Notes under the pieces: model-generated
What the model saw: the letters and a program-made list of their open reading frames with translations, nothing else
Told to the model about the DNA's origin: nothing
Databases searched by the model: none
IMG/VR virus record: IMGVR_UViG_3300033121_001571
DNA length: 64,000 nt
Source: a virus
Taxonomy: Duplodnaviria; Caudoviricetes
Strand: one strand, 5' to 3'
Translations under genes and position numbers: made by a program
Part shown: in pieces, positions 1-7,994 of the stretch
Position numbering within the stretch: the stretch's first letter is position 1
Layout of the letters: each line of letters begins with the position of its first letter

Positions 1-173
1 GCTGATTTTTTCTGCTTGGAAAAATCAACTTTTTGAGCTGCAGATGCTAATTTCTCCATCAAAGAAATCTGAGTCTCAAGAGATTTCTCAAGTTTCTCTG
101 AAGCTTTTGTAACAGCTTCTATTGTTTCATTGAGTTTTTCTGCAAACTCTAACTGAGACTTATCAACAGCCAC
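1..173 (-). CDS. Partial ORF running off the window, probable N-terminus of the tape measure protein
   Basis: GTG at 173 opens MAVDKSQLEFAEKLNETIEAVTKASEKLEKSLETQISLMEKLASAAQK... with no stop to the window edge. It is helical/coiled-coil-like and lies downstream of the tube and chaperone genes. Not in the supplied ORF track. Confidence 0.5.
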   Translation of the reverse strand, partial: MAVDKSQLEFAEKLNETIEAVTKASEKLEKSLETQISLMEKLASAAQKVDFSKQKKS

Positions 174-212
174 GACTTGCTATAGGTATGAACGCATTCA
201 GTTAGATTTAGA

Positions 213-491
213 TCACAATGGCCAAGGTATACCCAAAATACGTTCAAACTCTCTAGCAGAGGCGTTTTTAAGATTTAACTTGTGCAACACGCTATCAACT
301 GTAGCTCCAGGTCTGTTTAATTCATCCTGAAATCTTTTTGAATTTAACATAGCTCTTGCAACAGCATCAACTTCTTCTGGCGTACCTTTGACTTTGACGT
401 TGACCATCTTGCCAAGCAACCAGGCAGCTACAGACGCAAAAAAAATCTTTCCAATAAGATTCAATCTTAATTCATTTATTTGTTGCGACAC
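213..491 (-). CDS. Hypothetical late protein with a hydrophobic N-terminal segment
   Basis: 92-aa ORF; segment IFFASVAAWLLG; ATATTTA motif just upstream (496-502). Confidence 0.6.
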   Translation of the reverse strand: MSQQINELRLNLIGKIFFASVAAWLLGKMVNVKVKGTPEEVDAVARAMLNSKRFQDELNRPGATVDSVLHKLNLKNASAREFERILGIPWPL

Positions 492-534
492 AACGTAAAT
501 ATGGACATGTCATCTATAATCATAGATAGAGTTC

Positions 535-804
535 TTGAACATTCTTAAACCGGGTTCTCTAATCTTGCTAAAGTGCTATTGTAACACAAAAGAAACAAAA
601 TCACACTATCACAAATTATTAGATCCAATCAATTTACAAAACATATTTGTTCCTATGAACTTTCCTTTGTTTTTTTTGAACATAGAAAGCACCAATAACA
701 GTATGTCTATATTGAAAGGACTAGAGATAATAAGCGTCTACTACAACAATACCTTACAAAAGTTGTTGTTGACAAAAAATTACAACTACGTATTGATCAC
801 GTAA
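535..804 (+). CDS. Hypothetical protein on the opposite strand
   Basis: 89-aa ORF filling an otherwise empty gap; no recognisable motif. Confidence 0.35.
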   Translation: MNILKPGSLILLKCYCNTKETKSHYHKLLDPINLQNIFVPMNFPLFFLNIESTNNSMSILKGLEIISVYYNNTLQKLLLTKNYNYVLIT

Positions 805-1066
805 ATCTTCTAAGTCTTGCAGGCGTCTTGTCTCTGGTCATATTTTGTAATGATCTAGTTGTTGGATCATTGTGATGTAAAGCTCTAGAACGAGCGTCTC
901 CGCCTTCAGTTGATTTTTCTAATTCTTTATTGACTCTCTCTATAAAGAATTTCTTGTATGCAACAGGCAAAGTCATAGCTTCAGTGAACGAAAATCCCAT
1001 ATAGTACATCAATAAAAACGTAGGCTCTAAAACTACAATCTCTTTGTCAGCTTGACTGAGGCCAAA
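797..1066 (-). CDS. Tail assembly chaperone second domain (T-like or gp51-like), probably expressed by +1 frameshift from 1047..1910
   Basis: FFGLSQADKEIVVLEPTFLLMYYMGFSFTEAMTLPVAYKKFFIERV resembles the 'W/F s..E...LP...R' motif of tail chaperones. There is no convincing start before the domain, and it overlaps the 3' end of the upstream gene in the +1 frame. Confidence 0.6.
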   Translation of the reverse strand, partial: FGLSQADKEIVVLEPTFLLMYYMGFSFTEAMTLPVAYKKFFIERVNKELEKSTEGGDARSRALHHNDPTTRSLQNMTRDKTPARLRRFT

Positions 1067-1910
1067 GAAACGATGGACCGATCGGAATCGATACCTCCTC
1101 TTCGGCTTCACAGCTTGGACACACTGAATTTTGTGACATAACAATACCAGGTTCGTTATTTCGAATATAACTTCGAAGTGATAGAGAATCTCTAGCAGGC
1201 ATAACTTGAATAAATCTTCCTATAGCTGCTTTGTCAGTCACAGAATCAATTGCAATTATGTTTTGATGAAGCATTGATGTAACATGTGACTCGCTTGGAA
1301 GACCAAGTTTCTTCTGCTTTTCTTTTGTCTGTGAAGCTTCTTCTTCATCTCTTCCAGTCAAAAACTTAAACTTGACTACTTTTTTCGTAAGTGGAAGAGT
1401 GACTTCAAATAGATTTTTTCCTTCCTCTAACGGATTTATAGTTAATCTCTTGATCTCAAGTTCTTTCAAATCAAATAATCTCTTAGTCTTTGCTTCACAC
1501 TTACTGCACTCAACTTCTGCTTCATAGTCTGAACCGTAACCTGTCACTCTAATTGCTACCATAAGAGCAGCGCGGTCACCAACTAAAAGATCTGCGGGAT
1601 TCACAGTTTTATCAAGTATACATGACTTCAATAACTCAGAAATCGTAGTACCTTTCTTCATAAAAGCTGTAGAGGTCAAGATGTCTTCCTCTTTCGCAGT
1701 CATTACTTTAATCTCAATAGAGTCTTTCATGTAGAAAGGAGAACCAACTGGATACACCAGACCATTTGACGGAAGAGGGACAATTTCAATTGGAACAGAA
1801 TAAGAAAATTCTGCCTTAGCTCTGTCAGCTAAAGACATAGCTGGAATACCTTGCACTTGCTGTGGCGTTGTCTGAGAGAACACTGAGTTCTTTGACTCTC
1901 TATCGTCCAT
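1047..1910 (-). CDS. T4 gp26-like baseplate hub / tail assembly chaperone
   Basis: LPSNG..YP, MTAKEEDIL, DLLVGDR..L...IR..GYG, two CxxC pairs and a C-terminal FLWP; located between the tail tube and the tape measure. Confidence 0.75.
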   Translation of the reverse strand: MDDRESKNSVFSQTTPQQVQGIPAMSLADRAKAEFSYSVPIEIVPLPSNGLVYPVGSPFYMKDSIEIKVMTAKEEDILTSTAFMKKGTTISELLKSCILDKTVNPADLLVGDRAALMVAIRVTGYGSDYEAEVECSKCEAKTKRLFDLKELEIKRLTINPLEEGKNLFEVTLPLTKKVVKFKFLTGRDEEEASQTKEKQKKLGLPSESHVTSMLHQNIIAIDSVTDKAAIGRFIQVMPARDSLSLRSYIRNNEPGIVMSQNSVCPSCEAEEEVSIPIGPSFLWPQSS

Positions 1911-1949
1911 GAGTATTATTTACCTATTACTTTTTTTATCTACACAAAT

Positions 1950-2156
1950 TTATGCAACTGGAATGACATTGTACTTTACATTGAAAGTCCAGTTGTTGTC
2001 TACGAATTGTTCAATCTGTTTTTCTGAAATGTTAAACACACTCAATATAAACTCCCACTTTTCTTGATACTCTTCTATTTCTATAGAACCCAAAACAAGA
2101 TCATAGTCTAACCGCTCCTGCAAAAAGAAAACACTTGTGAGGTTGTACAAAAACAC
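1950..2156 (-). CDS. Hypothetical protein
   Basis: 68-aa ORF coupled to the upstream gene. Confidence 0.4.
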   Translation of the reverse strand: MFLYNLTSVFFLQERLDYDLVLGSIEIEEYQEKWEFILSVFNISEKQIEQFVDNNWTFNVKYNVIPVA

Positions 2157-2506
2157 TAGAAAGGCTGAGGTTCTTGCAAATTTGCATTTGCAACATTCAG
2201 ATCTTGTTCTGTTGACAAGATATAAGCTTCTACGCTTGGATCAAGACCCAGTTCTACAAGGTCTTTTCTAGATGCGAGACTCAACTCTCCGTCAGCAACT
2301 AAATGTTCTAAGAATTTTCTAGTAGTGTTTATGCTATAACCAATCTCAACAGCGATAGGTCCTATCAAGACTGGTCCACCATCGCGATGCAACAGTCTCA
2401 TTATCTTATTTCTAACTGATGGAGGCGGTTGTTGACTCACTCTTGAATTCAACACGCTGGGATCAATACCAGACTTTGTGCCCCAAACTTTGAAGATCTT
2501 TGGCAT
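2156..2506 (-). CDS. Putative winged-helix DNA-binding protein
   Basis: HTH-like segment IAVEIGYSINTTRKFLEHLVADGEL. Confidence 0.5.
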   Translation of the reverse strand: MPKIFKVWGTKSGIDPSVLNSRVSQQPPPSVRNKIMRLLHRDGGPVLIGPIAVEIGYSINTTRKFLEHLVADGELSLASRKDLVELGLDPSVEAYILSTEQDLNVANANLQEPQPF

Positions 2507-2509
2507 CTG

Positions 2510-2725
2510 TTAACTCTCAGTTTTATCAAGGTATTTCATCAAGTTTGTCATATATGACAAACAAGACGTTGCTGTCACGTAAACTTTATCTGCAGTCGAA
2601 CCTGCAGTAGTACTAGTGATTTTTCTCAAACTCGTTAAAGCAGATATTGCTTTTTTTGCAAATTCAATTGCAAGCTTTCGTCTTTCAGCAAGTGGGATAT
2701 TGCTATAATCAGTATTATCTTCCAT
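2510..2725 (-). CDS. Hypothetical protein
   Basis: 71-aa ORF. The in-frame sequence upstream of the ATG reads EIKLILKEA, resembling a remnant of the shared leader. Confidence 0.5.
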   Translation of the reverse strand: MEDNTDYSNIPLAERRKLAIEFAKKAISALTSLRKITSTTAGSTADKVYVTATSCLSYMTNLMKYLDKTES

Positions 2726-2778
2726 CGCTTCTTTAAGTATCAGCTTGATTTCTTAGTATCAACTATTGAAAATCAATC

Positions 2779-3015
2779 TTATTCAACTTGTTGTAATGTA
2801 GACATGTGTACTGTAAACCTGTGATAGTTAACTTTATCGTCAGTGCGCTTGACTACAACAAGGCTAGGATAACGAAGTCCAAGCCATCGAACATAGGTTA
2901 CAGGAATTTTCCGACCAGTTGTTGGACTAGTGTAGATGAATTTGGTACCACGTTCAAATGGTTCCATTAAAGATTCTTTAATCAGATAGACTAGTTGTTT
3001 CTTGGTGATTTTCAT
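2779..3015 (-). CDS. Small protein with the shared N-terminal leader (putative internal head protein)
   Basis: Begins MKITKKQLVYLIKESL. Confidence 0.6.
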   Translation of the reverse strand: MKITKKQLVYLIKESLMEPFERGTKFIYTSPTTGRKIPVTYVRWLGLRYPSLVVVKRTDDKVNYHRFTVHMSTLQQVE

Positions 3016-3066
3016 TGAGAGCTGCCACTATAACTAGTTATGCGAAACAAGTCGCAATCAAAATGA

Positions 3067-3219
3067 TCAACGTAAATGTACTCTGTTTGCTGTTGTTCCT
3101 AAAACAGTTTCTACAGCAATCTCTATATCACTTAGTTTTTCTAATATCTCTTTGACTTACTGAGTGACCATATCACGTTTTTCTTCTTTGGTCTTGTTTC
3201 TAATGTCATCTTTGAGCAT
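3067..3219 (-). pseudogene. Small ORF interrupted by an in-frame TAA
   Basis: MLKDDIRNKTKEEKRDMVTQ*VKEILEKLSDIEIAVETVLGTTANRVHLR*, with the stop at 3157-3159. Confidence 0.3.
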
Positions 3220-3226
3220 GACTCTT

Positions 3227-3745
3227 TTAAGTATCCAAGTTATCTCTAAGTATTGATAGTAAGTGATCGTACTCAAGTGTCTCTGCGTAACCGTCACCGG
3301 TAAATGTACGTATGTCAACAACAACAACGCTTGCGTACCAAGATTTGATCAGTTTAAACATGACATCAGTTAACACTGTATACACCATATCATCAATCAC
3401 AAATTTTTTGTCTTTTTTAATTTGGGGTTTAACTTTGTCAGGATCAAAGTTTCCAATCACTACGATGTTTTCAGCATTATCAATGTACAGATTAGAAACA
3501 TCTTCTTCTGTAACATACCACTCTTCTTGATCAACATTTTCAATTTTTTCTGAACTAAAATCAGTCAATACAACATTAACATATATTTCAGTGTTTACGT
3601 CATCGTTGTCATATGGATGAACCGTGATACTGCTTCCGTCATGATCAACTCTAAAGACAACATACTTTCGATCAAACTTCTGTCGAGCATGATCAAAAAC
3701 AATGATTTTGTGTAATAAGTCTTTTGTCGCTTTGAGATGAGGCAT
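3227..3745 (-). CDS. Hypothetical acidic protein
   Basis: 172-aa ORF directly after the tail tube gene. Confidence 0.6.
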   Translation of the reverse strand: MPHLKATKDLLHKIIVFDHARQKFDRKYVVFRVDHDGSSITVHPYDNDDVNTEIYVNVVLTDFSSEKIENVDQEEWYVTEEDVSNLYIDNAENIVVIGNFDPDKVKPQIKKDKKFVIDDMVYTVLTDVMFKLIKSWYASVVVVDIRTFTGDGYAETLEYDHLLSILRDNLDT

Positions 3746-3748
3746 GGA

Positions 3749-4237
3749 TCAGAATTGCAAGATCCAAGCATCAGCTCTAAGCGTCAGCGAAATCTCTGTG
3801 AGTCCTTCATCTTCATACGATAGATCACCAAAGTTTGCTTCAGTGATAAACGCTCCCTTTCCGTCCCAATATTCAACTACGGTACCAACAGGATCTAACA
3901 TCTTAAGTGCAACGTCTCTCTTATAGAAGTCAGCGTAACCAGATCTTCCAGATACAACTTCAAAGTGAAGTCGAATCCATTCCATCACTTGCTGAGCACC
4001 AGAAGGTGCAATTGGATCGTGCAAAGTAACAGAGATGGTGTTGAACTTTGTTTTACCAGCGATATACCTGTGTGAGTTAATGAATGGAATCTCTAACTCA
4101 CCAGTTGTAACAGTTGGCCTAGCTGCTGTTTTAAGCAAAAATGCATCGATACCCTCGATCATAAGCACCCACTGGTGCTTCTTCTTAGGGTGAAATTTGT
4201 TAGGCAACATTGATGCAACGTCGAGCGTCTCAGCCAT
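3749..4237 (-). CDS. Tail tube protein (T4 gp19-like)
   Basis: ARPT..GELEIPFIN..RYIAGK, VMEW, LKMLDPVG..VE.W...GAF, F.DLSY; 162 aa; follows the sheath genes; GAGG SD. Confidence 0.85.
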   Translation of the reverse strand: MAETLDVASMLPNKFHPKKKHQWVLMIEGIDAFLLKTAARPTVTTGELEIPFINSHRYIAGKTKFNTISVTLHDPIAPSGAQQVMEWIRLHFEVVSGRSGYADFYKRDVALKMLDPVGTVVEYWDGKGAFITEANFGDLSYEDEGLTEISLTLRADAWILQF

Positions 4238-4256
4238 TTTCTTCTTCCTCGTTCAC

Positions 4257-4263
4257 TAATTAT
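4257..4263 (-). promoter_or_regulatory. Putative late promoter ATAATTA (tail tube)
   Basis: Member of the ATAnTTA family upstream of virion genes. Confidence 0.6.
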
Positions 4264-4455
4264 CTATGATTTACAAAATCTCAACTTATTTGAAGGATTT
4301 GCAATCTTACTTCTGCCACTTCCCTACACTCACGTACGGTCTCTCAAGCCCACAGAGCCCACTAAGAATATTATTTAACTGACTTATTGTGGCAAATATG
4401 TCAAAATTCAAAGATTTTTCTAACAACACTCTGTGGGCGGAAGGCATGTTACTGT

Positions 4456-4890
4456 TCACTTATCGATTGGTTCATTAATGATAATTTTCTCAAAAAAGCC
4501 AGCGATGATAGAAGAAAGTTCACTTGCAAATATTCCACTCTTTGAAAGAATGTCATTAATTGCAGGTTGCACTAAAACTTCAACATCTTCAATTCTAGCT
4601 GGAACTTCTAAGGTTGAATCAATTCCTAAAGATTGAAGTTTAGCTTCTAATTTTTCTGCAATATCATGTCTAAGATCACCCCCAACATAATCGCACAAAG
4701 CATCAACAACAACTTGTGAAACTGCAATCCTCAAGTCTTCACAATATGCTTTCTTATCTTCTTCACTATTTCCCATCAACTCTGAAGTTGTGAAAAAAGT
4801 CTCAGATAGAGTGTTTTTCCCACTTGCTTTCATCTCACTCAAAATGAGATTGCGAAGTTGTTTTGGGTTCAGTTTTACTACTTTGTTCAT
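4456..4890 (-). CDS. Protein with the shared N-terminal leader (putative internal head protein)
   Basis: Begins MNKVVKLNPKQLRNLILSEMK, with a second site LSE. Confidence 0.6.
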   Translation of the reverse strand: MNKVVKLNPKQLRNLILSEMKASGKNTLSETFFTTSELMGNSEEDKKAYCEDLRIAVSQVVVDALCDYVGGDLRHDIAEKLEAKLQSLGIDSTLEVPARIEDVEVLVQPAINDILSKSGIFASELSSIIAGFFEKIIINEPIDK

Positions 4891-4901
4891 TGTTTACTCA
4901 A

Positions 4902-7900
4902 TTAGATTTGTGCTGCACCGTTCTGGACAACAAAGTCAAGCGATACGTACTCCAACGCTTTAACAGGTTTGACAATGATCTTACCTCTAAGAGTGTTGTT
5001 TTCGATATCAGTCTTGGTTGTAGTCGATGTATCAATCATAATCTTGTACTTGTCTATACCTGCAAGTGCTTGGATTCTATCAAGCTTTGGCTTGACTGCA
5101 CTACTGAATTTTGCAAGTGTTGCTTCACGTGAAGGTTCAAACATTATTGTCTGCGCAATGTCACGAACCTGTCTACGAAGATCAATCATCAATCTTCTTA
5201 CGTTGACCCTATCTAGAGCTGATGCTGCAGCTTGAAGAGTCTTCTGTCCCCAAATCACTACACCACCAGCTGGGTTTCCTGTTGGAGATGAGTTACCTGG
5301 GAATGCAACTAGTGGATTGATGTTAACATCATATAGATCATCCATGTTTGATTTTGACAATTTGACCTTAGCTTCAAGAGTTGAAACTAGAGCACCTCTT
5401 GTGAAACCAGCTGGTGCAAACCATGGGTGACCAAGTTTGTCATTTAACGCAAGCGCTCCCAACACAACTGCCGAAGGTGGCACAACTAAGTTTGTGTTTG
5501 TGTTTGGATCTGTAAGAGTCACGTCTGGAAAGTATGCTGCTGCAAAGTTTGAATCAAGCGCGCGGGAAGAGAAGTTATCAGCTATCTTCTTCACTGAAAC
5601 TTGTGTTGAACTATCAGCAGCAATGATGTTTCCGTTGTCATCACAGTGCTCAACGTCCATCAAATAAAGAGCATCAAATCTCTCAGTTGTTGCAGCGGTC
5701 GCATAATCAGTAACTGCAGGATTTCTTATTCCTGGAATTGCTAGAACTTGGATGTCTACGTTAGTGGTGTTCTTCATTATATCGATAGCTTTGGTGTAAG
5801 AACGGACGTTTGGTCCCAAGTTCTGTCCCCTGTTAGAGTCATCCATGTCTGCTTTGACAGCAGTATCATTGATGTTATACTCATTTCTATCGAAGATATT
5901 GACACCATCAAATCCACCTTGCAAGAAGAAGGTAAACTTTGCGTACCTTCTGTTAGCTTGTGTCAAATCGGTAGTTGCAAGTTTTCTTGTCTTTGTTGTT
6001 TCATTTGTGACAATGTTTCCATCACGAACATAAGAAGCTGACATCCAAAGTGAGGAATCAGCAACACCAGTTGAAGCAGTCACAACCATGATATTCTCTA
6101 ATGAGAATGCATTCAGACAGAATCTATCAGCGTCTAAGATACCATTTGCCGCTGTGTCTGCAACACCGTTGTTATCACCAACAGCGAATGTCACAGAATC
6201 AGTGAGATGTTGTGGGAAGAACATAGAGAATGCACTCAATGACTCATTCTGTAAAGTGCTTGCATTTGGCGTTGTCAATGAGACAATGTGTTCAAACTGA
6301 GCACCCCAGTAAAGAAGAGGATTTGCAGCAAGCTTGTTGCCAGATCCTTGAGTGATATTTAATCTCAAAGGAACTGGTGGTGTCTGTGCTTTCTTCAACA
6401 CAGAAGAAACAGCTGCTTGTGTCGTAGAAGGCGTTGCAAGCGGTGCAGAACCTGACGTAACTAAGTGTGAGACACCTCTAAATCCAAATGGCAGTGCAGT
6501 TGGATCTACTGAAGCATTGTCAACTAGAGAAGAAACTTCTACACGAACAATATTTGACTTGTTCTCATAGTTACCCTCAATGATCAGTCTTTGATTTGTT
6601 TCTGCTCTGTTAAAGTCAAAGAACGCATTTACATCACCAATTACTTTTGCGATGTATCTGTCTGACGAAGGATCAAGAGACAAAGCCCTGTGCTGCTCAA
6701 TGTAGATTGGATTTGTGTCACTGTCATCCCAATCTCTGATCACTAAGTCAAATGTTCCATACCTGTTCAATGGATCGCTAGAAGGAACGAGATTCTCAAT
6801 TGAGAACTTGTATGCTTGTGCAACGCCAGAACCAGCGCTTAATGCGTGAAGTCTGAACAAGTTTATTGCTTGTCCACCAAACTTTTGTGAAGTAACCCAC
6901 GGTGTCTTTGCATAAGAGAATCTATCAGTCCAACTTTCATAGTTTGGAACTGTCGTGTTTCCTGTAGCTCTGCTCAGAGATCCAGTTGTTAAGAACGCAG
7001 ATGACTCAACACCAACTTTTGCTGCTCTAGAACCACCAGATCCAGAAGTAGTGTGCAGTAAACCAGTTCCGGTAACGACCGCAACACTGTTGTGAATATC
7101 CCAGTGTGCATACAAGAAGTGTCCAGCTTGTTGAAGTTTGTAAGGATCTGTGTTCATAACCTTTGCAAAATAATTTGGTGACGTCATGTCAAAGGACGCA
7201 GTGATCACGTTTGGATACAAAAAATCTGTACCTTTGTGACCGTTTAACAACATGACAAAGTCTTGCTTTGAAACGTTATTTTCACTAAGTACAACAGCGC
7301 CCAAAAGTCCGCCAGATGCAACAGAATCAGTTGCAACCATATCAGAACCAGGAACTGCGTTATTTCCTTCTGCGGAAGAAGAAAGTTTCAATATGACACC
7401 TGATGGTGCCATCACAATTCCTCTAACTATTGGTACAGACGCTGTAGTACCCGGAACTACGCCTGCTGCCCCTTGCAGACCAGCAGAGCTAAAGAACGTA
7501 GAACCTGCTGATTCAGACATAAATGCACCAAGAAAATATGTTCTACCAAGAACAGAGTTACTTCCAGAATTTGCATAAGTGTTTCCAAACAAGAAACCAT
7601 CTGAAAATCTTGGCTGGTTTTCACCAACTGTGAAACCGGCATTTGTCACTGAACCGTCGCTGTTTCTTGTTTTACCGTTTCCAACGCCTAAGACTCTTAC
7701 GTAAGTCACAGCGCCAGCGTTTCTAAGCCACTCATTGACAGCGATTGGACCAAATTTTGATCCATCAGTTTCACCAAACTTAGCATAAAAATCTTCAATC
7801 GAACCAAGCGTTAAAGGAACGAACGCTGGACCTTTGTTTGCAGTACCAATAACGCCAGCTGGAGTTCCAACTGGAGCTACAGACACTGGCCCAGATATAT

Positions 7901-7949
7901 CGATTTCGTTGCTCGAAACTCCAGGTGAACCAAACTTAACTTGTGCCAT
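4902..7949 (-). CDS. Contractile tail sheath protein, copy 1
   Basis: N-terminal SPGV...EID and GTANKGPAFVP; C-terminal PWFAPAGFTRG, INPL, WGQKTL and DRVNVRRL. Confidence 0.92.
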   Translation of the reverse strand: MAQVKFGSPGVSSNEIDISGPVSVAPVGTPAGVIGTANKGPAFVPLTLGSIEDFYAKFGETDGSKFGPIAVNEWLRNAGAVTYVRVLGVGNGKTRNSDGSVTNAGFTVGENQPRFSDGFLFGNTYANSGSNSVLGRTYFLGAFMSESAGSTFFSSAGLQGAAGVVPGTTASVPIVRGIVMAPSGVILKLSSSAEGNNAVPGSDMVATDSVASGGLLGAVVLSENNVSKQDFVMLLNGHKGTDFLYPNVITASFDMTSPNYFAKVMNTDPYKLQQAGHFLYAHWDIHNSVAVVTGTGLLHTTSGSGGSRAAKVGVESSAFLTTGSLSRATGNTTVPNYESWTDRFSYAKTPWVTSQKFGGQAINLFRLHALSAGSGVAQAYKFSIENLVPSSDPLNRYGTFDLVIRDWDDSDTNPIYIEQHRALSLDPSSDRYIAKVIGDVNAFFDFNRAETNQRLIIEGNYENKSNIVRVEVSSLVDNASVDPTALPFGFRGVSHLVTSGSAPLATPSTTQAAVSSVLKKAQTPPVPLRLNITQGSGNKLAANPLLYWGAQFEHIVSLTTPNASTLQNESLSAFSMFFPQHLTDSVTFAVGDNNGVADTAANGILDADRFCLNAFSLENIMVVTASTGVADSSLWMSASYVRDGNIVTNETTKTRKLATTDLTQANRRYAKFTFFLQGGFDGVNIFDRNEYNINDTAVKADMDDSNRGQNLGPNVRSYTKAIDIMKNTTNVDIQVLAIPGIRNPAVTDYATAATTERFDALYLMDVEHCDDNGNIIAADSSTQVSVKKIADNFSSRALDSNFAAAYFPDVTLTDPNTNTNLVVPPSAVVLGALALNDKLGHPWFAPAGFTRGALVSTLEAKVKLSKSNMDDLYDVNINPLVAFPGNSSPTGNPAGGVVIWGQKTLQAAASALDRVNVRRLMIDLRRQVRDIAQTIMFEPSREATLAKFSSAVKPKLDRIQALAGIDKYKIMIDTSTTTKTDIENNTLRGKIIVKPVKALEYVSLDFVVQNGAAQI

Positions 7950-7968
7950 TATTCGTACCTTCGATGTC

Positions 7969-7975
7969 TAAGTAT
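7969..7975 (-). promoter_or_regulatory. Putative late promoter ATACTTA (sheath 1)
   Basis: Member of the ATAnTTA family. Confidence 0.6.
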
Positions 7976-7994
7976 TTGATCATATCAAAAGTGA

